Origin: an uncultured Clostridia bacterium
GTDB taxonomy: Bacteria; Bacillota; Clostridia; Christensenellales; UBA1242
NCBI GenBank assembly: GCA_947584415.1
Contig: CANPWN010000001.1
Location: forward strand, 13,216-77,215
Direction of reading: 5' to 3'
Length of the DNA: 64,000 nucleotides
Part shown: in pieces, positions 37,073 to 45,044 of the stretch
How positions within the stretch are numbered: position 1 is the first letter of the stretch
How the letters are laid out: the number at the start of each line of letters is the position of its first letter
Notes under the pieces: generated by a model
Databases searched by the model: none
The model's input: only the letters and a program-made list of their open reading frames with translations
What the model was told of the DNA's origin: nothing
Program-made: the position numbers and the translations under genes

Positions 37073-38707
37073 TTACTCCAAGGATATTAAATAATAGTAA
37101 ATTGGCTGACCGCCATAAGCGACTGTAACTTCGCACTCTGGGAAGGCGGAAGCAAGGGTCTCTTGCAACGCGTTTGCCTCTTCCTCCTTGATATCTTCGC
37201 CATAGAAAAGAGTGATTGTCATGATGTTGTCGTTCATCATTTTTCTCACAAGTTCCTCTGTGGTTTTGGAAACCAACTTGCCCTTTGAAAGTATAGCTTT
37301 GTCGTCAAGGCCGATGATTTCGCCCGTTGTTAAGTCAAAACCATCAACATGAGTGTCACGAACTGCATAAGTCACTGAGCCAGATTTGACATTTTTGATG
37401 GCGTCGTTCATTGCTTCAACATTTTCTTCAACTGTTCCATCTGGGTTAAAAGCAATGGCGGCGGAAATACCTTCTGGCACACTGCGAGTTGAAATCACAA
37501 CAAGATTTTTGTTTGTAAGTTCGCTGGCTTGCTCAGCAGCCAAAATGATGTTTTTATTGTTTGGGAAAACAAAGACTGTTCTTGCTGGCACCTTGTCCGC
37601 AGCCGCAGCAATATCTGCAGCACTTGGGTTCATGGTCTGTCCGCCCATAATGAGTTCGTCAACAGAAAGGTCTTTGAAAATTGCAGAAAGACCATCACCT
37701 GGAGCAACAGCAATCATGCCAAGATTTTTGGTTTCCTCTGCCGCAATAGCCTTTTTCTTAAGTTCACGGTTTTGCTCACGCATGTTGTCAATTTTGACAT
37801 TGATGATTTCGCCGAGTTCCAAAGCATAGCCGAGCGCCCTGTTTGGCTCGTTTGAGTGAACATGAACTTTGACAAGGTTAAGGTCGCCAATGCAGATAAC
37901 GCTGTCGCCAAACTCCATGAGTTTTTCGCGCAACTTGTCAATGTCGGCCTCGGTTGTCTTTTTATGCATATGCACAATCATAAATTCAGTGCAGTAGCCA
38001 AATTGTATGTCCTCAAGATTTGATATGTCCGCAATAACATCATCAACCGTTTGAGGTTGCTTTTCATCATCAAAAACGACATCTAAATTCTCATCACCCA
38101 TCAAAAGTTTGTAAAAACCTGTGAAAATGATGAGGATTCCTCTTCCGCCGGCATCCACAACGCCCGCTTTTTTAAGAACAGGCAGCATTTCTGGGGTCTG
38201 TTTCAAAATTTCTTCGCCTGTGTCAAGCACACGCTTTAAGAAAACTTCAAAATCATCACATTTTTTTGCAACATTGACAGCATTTTCAGCCATAACCCTG
38301 ATGACAGTGAGAATTGTGCCTTCTTTTGGCTTTGTGACTGCTTTGTAAGCAACATTTGCACCCTCTTGCATTGCTTTGGCAAAGGTTTTTGTGTTAATCT
38401 CATTGTATTTTGCGGTCACCGAGCAAAAGCCTTTAAAAATTTGAGAAGTGATAACACCGCTGTTTCCTCTTGCGCCTTTCAAAGCACCCTTTGCAAACGC
38501 AGCACTAAGCTCGTCCACATTTGCACTCAGGCACTTGCCAACTTCGGTCACTGCGGACTTCATTGTCAAAAACATGTTTGTTCCCGTGTCGCCGTCTGGG
38601 ACAGGGAAAACATTGAGAGAGTCAACATATTTTTTATTTTGTTCTAAAAGGCTGGCACCAGCCACAATCATCTTGCGAAAGGTGACGCCGTTGATGGACT
38701 TAATCAT
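37073..38707 (-). CDS. DAK2-domain fusion protein YloV/FakA-like
   Basis: N-terminal DAK2 motif NVFPVPDGDTGTNM; 544 aa; asp23-yloV synteny. Confidence 0.88.
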   Translation of the reverse strand: MIKSINGVTFRKMIVAGASLLEQNKKYVDSLNVFPVPDGDTGTNMFLTMKSAVTEVGKCLSANVDELSAAFAKGALKGARGNSGVITSQIFKGFCSVTAKYNEINTKTFAKAMQEGANVAYKAVTKPKEGTILTVIRVMAENAVNVAKKCDDFEVFLKRVLDTGEEILKQTPEMLPVLKKAGVVDAGGRGILIIFTGFYKLLMGDENLDVVFDDEKQPQTVDDVIADISNLEDIQFGYCTEFMIVHMHKKTTEADIDKLREKLMEFGDSVICIGDLNLVKVHVHSNEPNRALGYALELGEIINVKIDNMREQNRELKKKAIAAEETKNLGMIAVAPGDGLSAIFKDLSVDELIMGGQTMNPSAADIAAAADKVPARTVFVFPNNKNIILAAEQASELTNKNLVVISTRSVPEGISAAIAFNPDGTVEENVEAMNDAIKNVKSGSVTYAVRDTHVDGFDLTTGEIIGLDDKAILSKGKLVSKTTEELVRKMMNDNIMTITLFYGEDIKEEEANALQETLASAFPECEVTVAYGGQPIYYYLISLE

Positions 38708-38715
38708 TTTTTCTC

Positions 38716-39066
38716 CTAAACTCTAACACCAACAACATGAACATTGACCGAGTCAACAATCATGCCTGTGAAATTTTCAACACTATACTTAACAGATTTT
38801 TTGAGTGATTCAGAAACTGCACTGATTGAAACACCATATTTCATAATGCAGTAAACATCAATAAAAATTCGGTTGTCAAGGTGACGAACTTTTATGCCCC
38901 TCGAATAGGACTCTTTGTTGAAAAGTTCCCTTGCACTGTCCTTAAAGGTTTTTGAAACGAGGTCGACAACACCATAGCAGTCAAGCACTGCATAACCTGC
39001 GACCACACGAATAGCGTCGTCGCTGATTGAAATGTTGCCATAATAGTTGTTTGTGTCAACTGTCAA
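38716..39066 (-). CDS. Asp23/Gls24 family envelope stress protein (YloU-like)
   Basis: GNISISDDAIRVVAGYAVLDCYGVV is typical of Asp23 family proteins; 116 aa. Confidence 0.88.
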   Translation of the reverse strand: MTVDTNNYYGNISISDDAIRVVAGYAVLDCYGVVDLVSKTFKDSARELFNKESYSRGIKVRHLDNRIFIDVYCIMKYGVSISAVSESLKKSVKYSVENFTGMIVDSVNVHVVGVRV

Positions 39067-39169
39067 AATAGTTCTCCTTTAAGTAATCATATTTTACAAT
39101 AAAGTGAAAATTTTTTCAAGTAAAATGAATATGCTTATTAAATCTTTGTCAAAAATTTTGTCAAATTGG

Positions 39170-39198
39170 TTGATTTTCGTTTAAGTGTATGATATAAT
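39170..39198 (+). promoter_or_regulatory. Sigma-A promoter of rpmB
   Basis: TTGATT-17 nt-TATAAT with a TG extended -10. Confidence 0.7.
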
Positions 39199-39241
39199 TG
39201 CTTTGCAAAATAATTAAGACTAATGCGTCAGGAGGTGAAAT

Positions 39242-39427
39242 ATGTCAAGAGTTTGTGAAGTTTGCGGAAGAGGAAAGATGTCTGGCAACAAAGTCAGCCA
39301 CGCTGAAAACAAATCAAACAGAACTTTTGAACTTAACTTGCAACAAACAACAATTGAAGTTGATGGAAAACAAAAAAAAGTTAAGGCTTGCACAAAATGT
39401 ATTAAAACCGCAAGAAAAACAAAATAA
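39242..39427 (+). CDS. rpmB: 50S ribosomal protein L28
   Basis: MSRVCEVCGRGKMSGNKVSHA.NK..R.F..NLQ; 61 aa. Confidence 0.95.
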   Translation: MSRVCEVCGRGKMSGNKVSHAENKSNRTFELNLQQTTIEVDGKQKKVKACTKCIKTARKTK

Positions 39428-39440
39428 CAAAGGATAATAA

Positions 39441-39469
39441 AAAAGGCTTCTTTTCGAAGCCTTTTTTTT
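39441..39469. terminator. Bidirectional terminator between rpmB and the SpoVM-like sORF
   Basis: aaaaggcttc-tttt-cgaagcctttttttt. Confidence 0.8.
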
Positions 39470-39472
39470 GCA

Positions 39473-39571
39473 TCAGTCATCCTTTTTGATAAAAGGTTTT
39501 AAAAATGGTCGCAGCCATTTTGGGGCTTTGATGCAAATGATTTTAATTTTGCTTTCTTCTTCCTGTTTCAT
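39473..39571 (-). CDS. spoVM: SpoVM-like small sporulation peptide (32 aa; start uncertain)
   Basis: In MKQEEESKIKIICIKAPKWLRPFLKPFIKKDD, the core IKAPKWL..F...F.KKD matches B. subtilis SpoVM (TIKLPKFLGGIVRAMLGSFRKD, recalled from memory). It is convergent with rpmB as in Bacillus. No clear SD sequence. Confidence 0.55.
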   Translation of the reverse strand: MKQEEESKIKIICIKAPKWLRPFLKPFIKKDD

Positions 39572-39612
39572 GCTCATTTTATATGTGAGAAAATTAAGAA
39601 ATGTGACACATA

Positions 39613-39641
39613 TTGACAATAAGTCAATTTAGTGTTAAAAT
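39613..39641 (+). promoter_or_regulatory. Sigma-A promoter giving a probable leaderless mRNA
   Basis: TTGACA-17 nt-TAAAAT. The ATG at 39649 starts 7 nt after the -10 with no SD. The TTG start in the ORF track is the -35 hexamer itself. Confidence 0.6.
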
Positions 39642-39648
39642 TAGTGTT

Positions 39649-40602
39649 ATGGAACAAATAAAGGACTTGATTGAACACAAATTTAACAATAATAAGGCAC
39701 GAATCATTGGTTTTATTATGGCTCCGCCAACCAATGAAACTTGCATAACCGTCAACGGAACAACTTATTATTACTTTTTTGTTGACAGTTTTTATAATCA
39801 GCGGAAGTATAACCCCATGCTTGTTTGGACAGATGCAAGAGGTAAAGCAAAATTTTTTGACAGTGGAATTTACAAGAAAGACAGCCTTGTCATCATCCAT
39901 GGGGCATTGCGTTCACACCTGGAAGTATCTCCGAAAAACGAAGAACTTCTTGACAGCACTCTGTTTATCAATCTTGAACAAATGCACTTTTACACATTTA
40001 GCCGACAAGTTTTTAAAAACAACAACATTGGCATGGTCATTGGCCAGTTGCAAGGATACAAATTCCGAGAACTCAATGGCAAATATTATTTGGACACAAT
40101 TTTGAAAGTTGAGCATGAAACATTTTCTTCTTACCTCAAAATTTCAACAACCGACAAAGCAATGCTTCAACTTATGGAAACGAATGTTGGCGACATAGTG
40201 GCAATCAGATATTATCTGACCTCCCACATCAACAAACAGCAAATGCCCATCATGTTTGCAAACGCAACTTACATAAATGACCATCCGGAAACCTTTATGG
40301 ATGAATCAACACAGAATTTGGACTACTTCCCTCCCAAAAAACCAAAACCAAATTTTGATGACGAACAATTGCTCAGAAAATGGGTGGAAAAACAAGAAAA
40401 AATGGACAACTTTTTAAAAAAATACTTCCCAGACAGATATGACGAATTGTGCCATCTGGCTATCCTGCCAATTCCACCATTTGCAACAAACAACCTTGTG
40501 CCAAACACCACCACTGACAACACACCACTTCAACATGACATCACATCAACTCTACCTGAGAATACATCAATTTCAACTGAGGATAAAATAATTTCAACTT
40601 AG
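39649..40602 (+). CDS. Hypothetical protein (317 aa) with a C-terminal heptad tandem repeat interrupted by TAG
   Basis: Long ORF with its own promoter and terminator. No recognisable catalytic motif. Confidence 0.65.
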   Translation: MEQIKDLIEHKFNNNKARIIGFIMAPPTNETCITVNGTTYYYFFVDSFYNQRKYNPMLVWTDARGKAKFFDSGIYKKDSLVIIHGALRSHLEVSPKNEELLDSTLFINLEQMHFYTFSRQVFKNNNIGMVIGQLQGYKFRELNGKYYLDTILKVEHETFSSYLKISTTDKAMLQLMETNVGDIVAIRYYLTSHINKQQMPIMFANATYINDHPETFMDESTQNLDYFPPKKPKPNFDDEQLLRKWVEKQEKMDNFLKKYFPDRYDELCHLAILPIPPFATNNLVPNTTTDNTPLQHDITSTLPENTSISTEDKIIST

Positions 40603-40632
40603 GATACAATAATTTCACCTGAGAATTTTAAC
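40549..40632 (+). repeat. Four imperfect 21-nt tandem repeats spanning the stop codon
   Basis: Units a(c/t)t(c/t)(t/c)a(a/c)ct(g/t)ag(a/g)a.... The TAG at 40600-40602 occupies the position of GAG in the other three units. Confidence 0.8.
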
Positions 40633-40654
40633 CCTCAAACCACAACAACGAAAT

Positions 40655-40684
40655 AAAAAAAGAAGGCTTTCGCCTTCTTTTTTA
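40655..40684. terminator. Bidirectional terminator
   Basis: aaaaaaagaaggctttcgccttctttttt between convergent genes. Confidence 0.8.
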
Positions 40685-42610
40685 TTTAACGACTGGTGGA
40701 TTATTATTAGCAGAATCTTCTGACTCTGATTTTTCAAATTCATCCAAACCAAAGATTCTTCTTAAGCTTTCCTCTCTTGCTGCTTCTTCTTTTTCCATGT
40801 TTTGTAAAAGAGTATTTCTCTTTGCATCTTGTTTTTCTTGCCATTTTTTTCTAAGGGAACCAAATGGGCCATGAAATTTCTTTTCATTTTTTGGTTCATT
40901 ATGATTCTCTGAATCGATTGGCGAAACAAACTCATCTTCACCTTCAGTCTCTGGAAGTTTTTCGATACTTGGTGTTTTTGTATGTTCTGAATATTCTTTT
41001 TGTATGTCTAAAAATTTCTGCTCTTTCTCATCTCGCTCTTGGTCGTATCTTTCTTTATCCTTCTTTAATTGTTTAGGAGCAAGTGCCTTATCAATCTGTT
41101 TTTCCGGTTTAGTCAAGAGTTTGAATTGTTCTAGTTGCTCCTGCCCAGCTGAATATGCCACCTCACGCGAACCTTCCACTCTTTCACCTTTATCATTATA
41201 GCCACCATCATACTTAAGTTTAGCGATTTTGCATCTTTCATCAGCATCTTTGTAAGCATTTGATGCCTTGTTTATTTTTTCTTCTTCTTGTTTCTTTTCT
41301 TTCGTTAATTTTTCTACGTCTTGTTTCTTGCCATTTTTTGCCTTAATGATCTCGCTATACCTACCAAACACTAAATCAATGTACTTTTCGCCGTCAGGTT
41401 TTTCTTTAGTTTTAGTTCCTGAAATTACCTCATCACCTTTTCCTTCCAATACTCTTTCGCAAGCAGTTTTTAAAGCTGCTTTTCTTTCTTTTGACAAGCT
41501 TGAAGATTCATCTTGAAGGGTTTTTAATGATTTTTCTGCTTCTGAAAAAAAATTTTTGACAATGTCATTAGGTATTTTTTCAAGCCCCCCTGTATCCTCT
41601 TTTGATTCCTTTGGTGGGAAATTTTTGTAATATTTTAATAAATTTTCCATAAAGGAAGTAATCTCTCCAACATTTACATCAATCGCGTTATTCTCTTTTT
41701 CTGCCGCTTCAATTGCTTGTTCTAACCTAGTAACTCTTTCTTTTGCTGCACTATAGTTATTTTGTGCCGTTTCTCTTTCCTTTGATACATCAGCTAGTGC
41801 TTTCTTATCCTGTTCTGCCACATTTTTAGCGTCTGCACCTCTCTTTAAGATTCCAATCACTCTTTCGCCAAAAGTTTTCTGTTCTTCTTTTCTATCTTCT
41901 TGTTCCTTAAATCCCTGAATCTTAAACTCAATTATTGGTGTCTCTTTCCCTGTAGTAGGGTCTTTGCGTGTGCCAACTTTTCCTTTTTGTAACGTAACTT
42001 TGCAAAGAGCCTTTGCTTCAACTTCTGTCAAGCTTTTGCCATCTTTACCAAACACAAAATCAACATAGTCTTTGTAAGTTGGTTCTTTATCTTTCGTTGC
42101 AATTGAGTCAACACTAACAAGTTCCATACATAATTGAACGGATTCTTCACCTTCATACGCTGTTTTACATTGTGCTTGGTTCACCCAAACATATTCTTTT
42201 CCGCCAAACTTAATAATTGTAGCAGGTTTACCCTTTCCTGCCCCTGCATTCCTTTTTTCTGCTGCTCTTACATAATCTGCATAAGGGCTATAAATAGGAT
42301 AAATTGTAACTCTTCCACCAAACTGATAGCCTAGTTTGTCAGATTTGTTTTCGAAAGCGAGAGCTTGTCCATCCTCATCAATGTAAAAACAGTCAAATCC
42401 TTTTCCAAATTCGCTTCCACCTTGCGAGCCAATAACAACTTCAAGAGTTTTTGACCCACTTGACTTTGCATAAGTTGGAGCTATTTTTTTCACTTTGCGC
42501 ATAGCTAAATAAGTTGTTGGCAAAACATAGCCCTCAAGGCTCCATTTACCTTCAATACCTTCTCCATCATTAATGCTAGTGTAATAATTTTCTTTTTTTA
42601 TTTCTGCCAT
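40682..42610 (-). CDS. 642-aa cytosolic protein: permuted DUF6273-like N-domain plus a long Lys/Glu-rich coiled-coil tail (paralog of 49358-50311)
   Basis: RBS AAGGAGG. No signal peptide. GGRVTIYPIYSP and KFGGKEYVWVNQAQC align with GLRVALHPIYNP and TVGGIQYLWLNKNEC in the paralog. Confidence 0.75.
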   Translation of the reverse strand: MAEIKKENYYTSINDGEGIEGKWSLEGYVLPTTYLAMRKVKKIAPTYAKSSGSKTLEVVIGSQGGSEFGKGFDCFYIDEDGQALAFENKSDKLGYQFGGRVTIYPIYSPYADYVRAAEKRNAGAGKGKPATIIKFGGKEYVWVNQAQCKTAYEGEESVQLCMELVSVDSIATKDKEPTYKDYVDFVFGKDGKSLTEVEAKALCKVTLQKGKVGTRKDPTTGKETPIIEFKIQGFKEQEDRKEEQKTFGERVIGILKRGADAKNVAEQDKKALADVSKERETAQNNYSAAKERVTRLEQAIEAAEKENNAIDVNVGEITSFMENLLKYYKNFPPKESKEDTGGLEKIPNDIVKNFFSEAEKSLKTLQDESSSLSKERKAALKTACERVLEGKGDEVISGTKTKEKPDGEKYIDLVFGRYSEIIKAKNGKKQDVEKLTKEKKQEEEKINKASNAYKDADERCKIAKLKYDGGYNDKGERVEGSREVAYSAGQEQLEQFKLLTKPEKQIDKALAPKQLKKDKERYDQERDEKEQKFLDIQKEYSEHTKTPSIEKLPETEGEDEFVSPIDSENHNEPKNEKKFHGPFGSLRKKWQEKQDAKRNTLLQNMEKEEAAREESLRRIFGLDEFEKSESEDSANNNPPVVK

Positions 42611-42650
42611 AACACACCTCCTTAAATGGCATTTCTTTTTTTACATGGCT

Positions 42651-42679
42651 ATTATACAACACTTTTGCCGACTTGTCAA
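42651..42679 (-). promoter_or_regulatory. Perfect consensus sigma-A promoter of the 642-aa gene
   Basis: TTGACA-17 nt-TATAAT on the minus strand. Confidence 0.75.
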
Positions 42680-42706
42680 TACCTTTTTTTAAAATAGTTT
42701 GATATG

Positions 42707-42731
42707 AAAAAACCCAGCGTTTGCTGGGTTA
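42707..42731 (-). terminator. Terminator after spoIVA
   Basis: Stem cccagc/gctggg followed by a T-run on the minus strand. Confidence 0.8.
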
Positions 42732-42749
42732 TATTATTATTAGTAATCT

Positions 42750-44228
42750 TTATAACAATATACATATTATTCCGCCTTTGCCTTCGTTGACAATGCGGCC
42801 TAAGGTTTTGCGCATCTTCTTTTGGACATCCTGTGGCATCATGATGATTTTTGAACTGAAATTGTCACCAATAATTGAAGACAGGCTTCTGCCAAACACA
42901 TTGGTTTGCCACAAGGCATCAGGGTTTTGCTCTGCCAAGGTTGAAAGTTGTTCGGCAAGTTCGCGGCTTTGCTGCTCTGAGCCAACTAATGGGGTTACAT
43001 CAGTTGTCACATCCACCCTCAAAATGTGCAAACTTGGAGCGGTGGCATGCAACTTAACGCCGTAACGCGAGCCTTGTTTGAACACTTCAGGCCCGTCAAG
43101 TTCAAACTCTTCTTGTCGTGGGGTGACAATGCCATAGCCAGTTTCTTTAACCTCATCAAGTGCTGTTTTAAGTTTGTCATATTCCTGCTTTGCCTCAGCG
43201 AGTTGCTTGATGAATTTCATAAGTTGATAGTCATCTTCAATTTGATAGCCGCACTGCTTTGACAAAACTTTATAGAACAAGCCTTCCTTTGGCACAACAT
43301 CCAACCTGACTGTTCCGTCACCCATTGAGATATTTGAGAAGGTGATTGGCTCAAAAAATTGACTTTCTGTGAAAACAAGCCTGTTTTTGTCAACATCGCT
43401 GAGTTTTGACATGTTTTGGCCAAATTCGTTGACAGATGTTGCCACTTCCTGAATAATTTCATCATCAAAATCGAGCGCCTGAAGATAGCGAGGAAGGTCA
43501 ATTTTGATTGATGAGATTGGAAATTCGAACAAAAGTTTTTCAAAAATCTTGTCAATATCTCCTTCCTTAAGTTCCATCGCACTTATTGGGATGACTGGAG
43601 AGGAATATTTTGTTTCAAGTGAGGAAGCCAATTTTTTTGTTTCAGCCGAGTTTGGAGTTTTGCTGTTCAAAACAATAACAAATGGTTTGCCACTTGCTTT
43701 CATCTCCGAAACAACCCTTTCCTCCGCCTGAACATAGTTGACACGCGGGATGTCAGTGATTGAGCCATCTGTGGTGACAACAACACCAACTGTGGAGTGC
43801 TCCTGCATAACCTTTTTTGTGCCAAGTTCGGCGGCTTCACTGAACGGCATATCTTCGTCTGACCACGGCGTTTTTACCTTTCGTGGCATATCGTTTTCAA
43901 TGTGTCCCATTGCCCCTTCAACAAGATAGCCCACACAATCAATAAGTCTGACTTTAAGTTCAACATTGTCGGCAACCGAAATTTTGACCGCCTCGTTTGG
44001 AACAAACTTTGGCTGGGTTGTCATGATTGTTTTGCCATCCGCTGATTGAGGAAGTTCGTCAATCGCTCTTTCTTTTGGATATTTGCCCGAAATGTTTGGA
44101 AGCACAAGTTTTTTCATAAACTCAGTGATAAAGGTTGATTTTCCAACTCTAACGGGGCCAACAACGCCAACATAAATTTCACCGTTAGTGCGGGTTTTTA
44201 TGTCGTCGTAAATTTCGTATTTTTCCAT
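42750..44228 (-). CDS. spoIVA: Stage IV sporulation protein A (spore coat basement-layer ATPase)
   Basis: MEKYEIYDDIKTRTNGEIYVGVVGPVRVGKSTFI Walker A N-terminus, typical of SpoIVA. GGAGG RBS before the ATG at 44228. Confidence 0.93.
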   Translation of the reverse strand: MEKYEIYDDIKTRTNGEIYVGVVGPVRVGKSTFITEFMKKLVLPNISGKYPKERAIDELPQSADGKTIMTTQPKFVPNEAVKISVADNVELKVRLIDCVGYLVEGAMGHIENDMPRKVKTPWSDEDMPFSEAAELGTKKVMQEHSTVGVVVTTDGSITDIPRVNYVQAEERVVSEMKASGKPFVIVLNSKTPNSAETKKLASSLETKYSSPVIPISAMELKEGDIDKIFEKLLFEFPISSIKIDLPRYLQALDFDDEIIQEVATSVNEFGQNMSKLSDVDKNRLVFTESQFFEPITFSNISMGDGTVRLDVVPKEGLFYKVLSKQCGYQIEDDYQLMKFIKQLAEAKQEYDKLKTALDEVKETGYGIVTPRQEEFELDGPEVFKQGSRYGVKLHATAPSLHILRVDVTTDVTPLVGSEQQSRELAEQLSTLAEQNPDALWQTNVFGRSLSSIIGDNFSSKIIMMPQDVQKKMRKTLGRIVNEGKGGIICILL

Positions 44229-44297
44229 AATGACCTCCATAGTTAAAATAAACTTATGCTATGAATCAGTCATTTATTCTATAAAAGAAAGAACAGA

Positions 44298-45044
44298 TTA
44301 CTCTGTTCTCTCTTCTTTGTTTTGTTCGGTGTTATCATCAACAACAATCTCTTTTTCGGGACTTTCCGCAACCTTTTCAACTTTTTGTTTCTTTTTGAAG
44401 AGGTTGTTAAGTTTATCCCTGAAACCTGTGTGATTTTCTGTCCCTTTCATAAGTCGAACAATGTTTGTTCTGTTCATGATAAAACAAAGTGCCAGCATGA
44501 TTAAAACAATGATAATAACAACCCACCACAATCTCGGCGTCAGCACGCACAACCTTACCAGCCACGCGACTGAGCAAACGCTGATGAACACAAAAGAGCC
44601 AATCACTCCATAGTCAACGCAATAGACAACCGCCACATAAACCAAGCACATTACAAGCGCCACATACCAAAGCGGGCTGAATAAGAAAACAGCAATTTCA
44701 CACGCAATTCCTTTGCCACCTTTAAATTTGTAAAACACTGGAAAATCATTTCCAAGCACAATTGCAAGCCCAGCGGTGAAATATGCCACTTCAAACAACC
44801 CCTGCGGAGCAAACAAGTAGCCACAAATGAGCGTTGGGATGGCAACTTTGACCGCTTCAAGCAAAAAGGTCAGCATGGCTATCCAAATGCCATAGTTGCG
44901 AAGCATGTTTGTAAAACCTGGGTTGCCACTGCCCTTTGTTGTGATATCCTCATGCTTAATAAATCTTGCAACAATGCGCGAAAAATTTATGTTGCCAATA
45001 AAGTAACAAACAACAATTATAAGGCTAAACCAAAGCCAGTTCAT
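44298..45044 (-). CDS. plsY: Glycerol-3-phosphate acyltransferase PlsY (with about 50-aa charged C-terminal extension)
   Basis: GSGNPGFTN motif, multiple TM segments, der-plsY synteny. Confidence 0.88.
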   Translation of the reverse strand: MNWLWFSLIIVVCYFIGNINFSRIVARFIKHEDITTKGSGNPGFTNMLRNYGIWIAMLTFLLEAVKVAIPTLICGYLFAPQGLFEVAYFTAGLAIVLGNDFPVFYKFKGGKGIACEIAVFLFSPLWYVALVMCLVYVAVVYCVDYGVIGSFVFISVCSVAWLVRLCVLTPRLWWVVIIIVLIMLALCFIMNRTNIVRLMKGTENHTGFRDKLNNLFKKKQKVEKVAESPEKEIVVDDNTEQNKEERTE

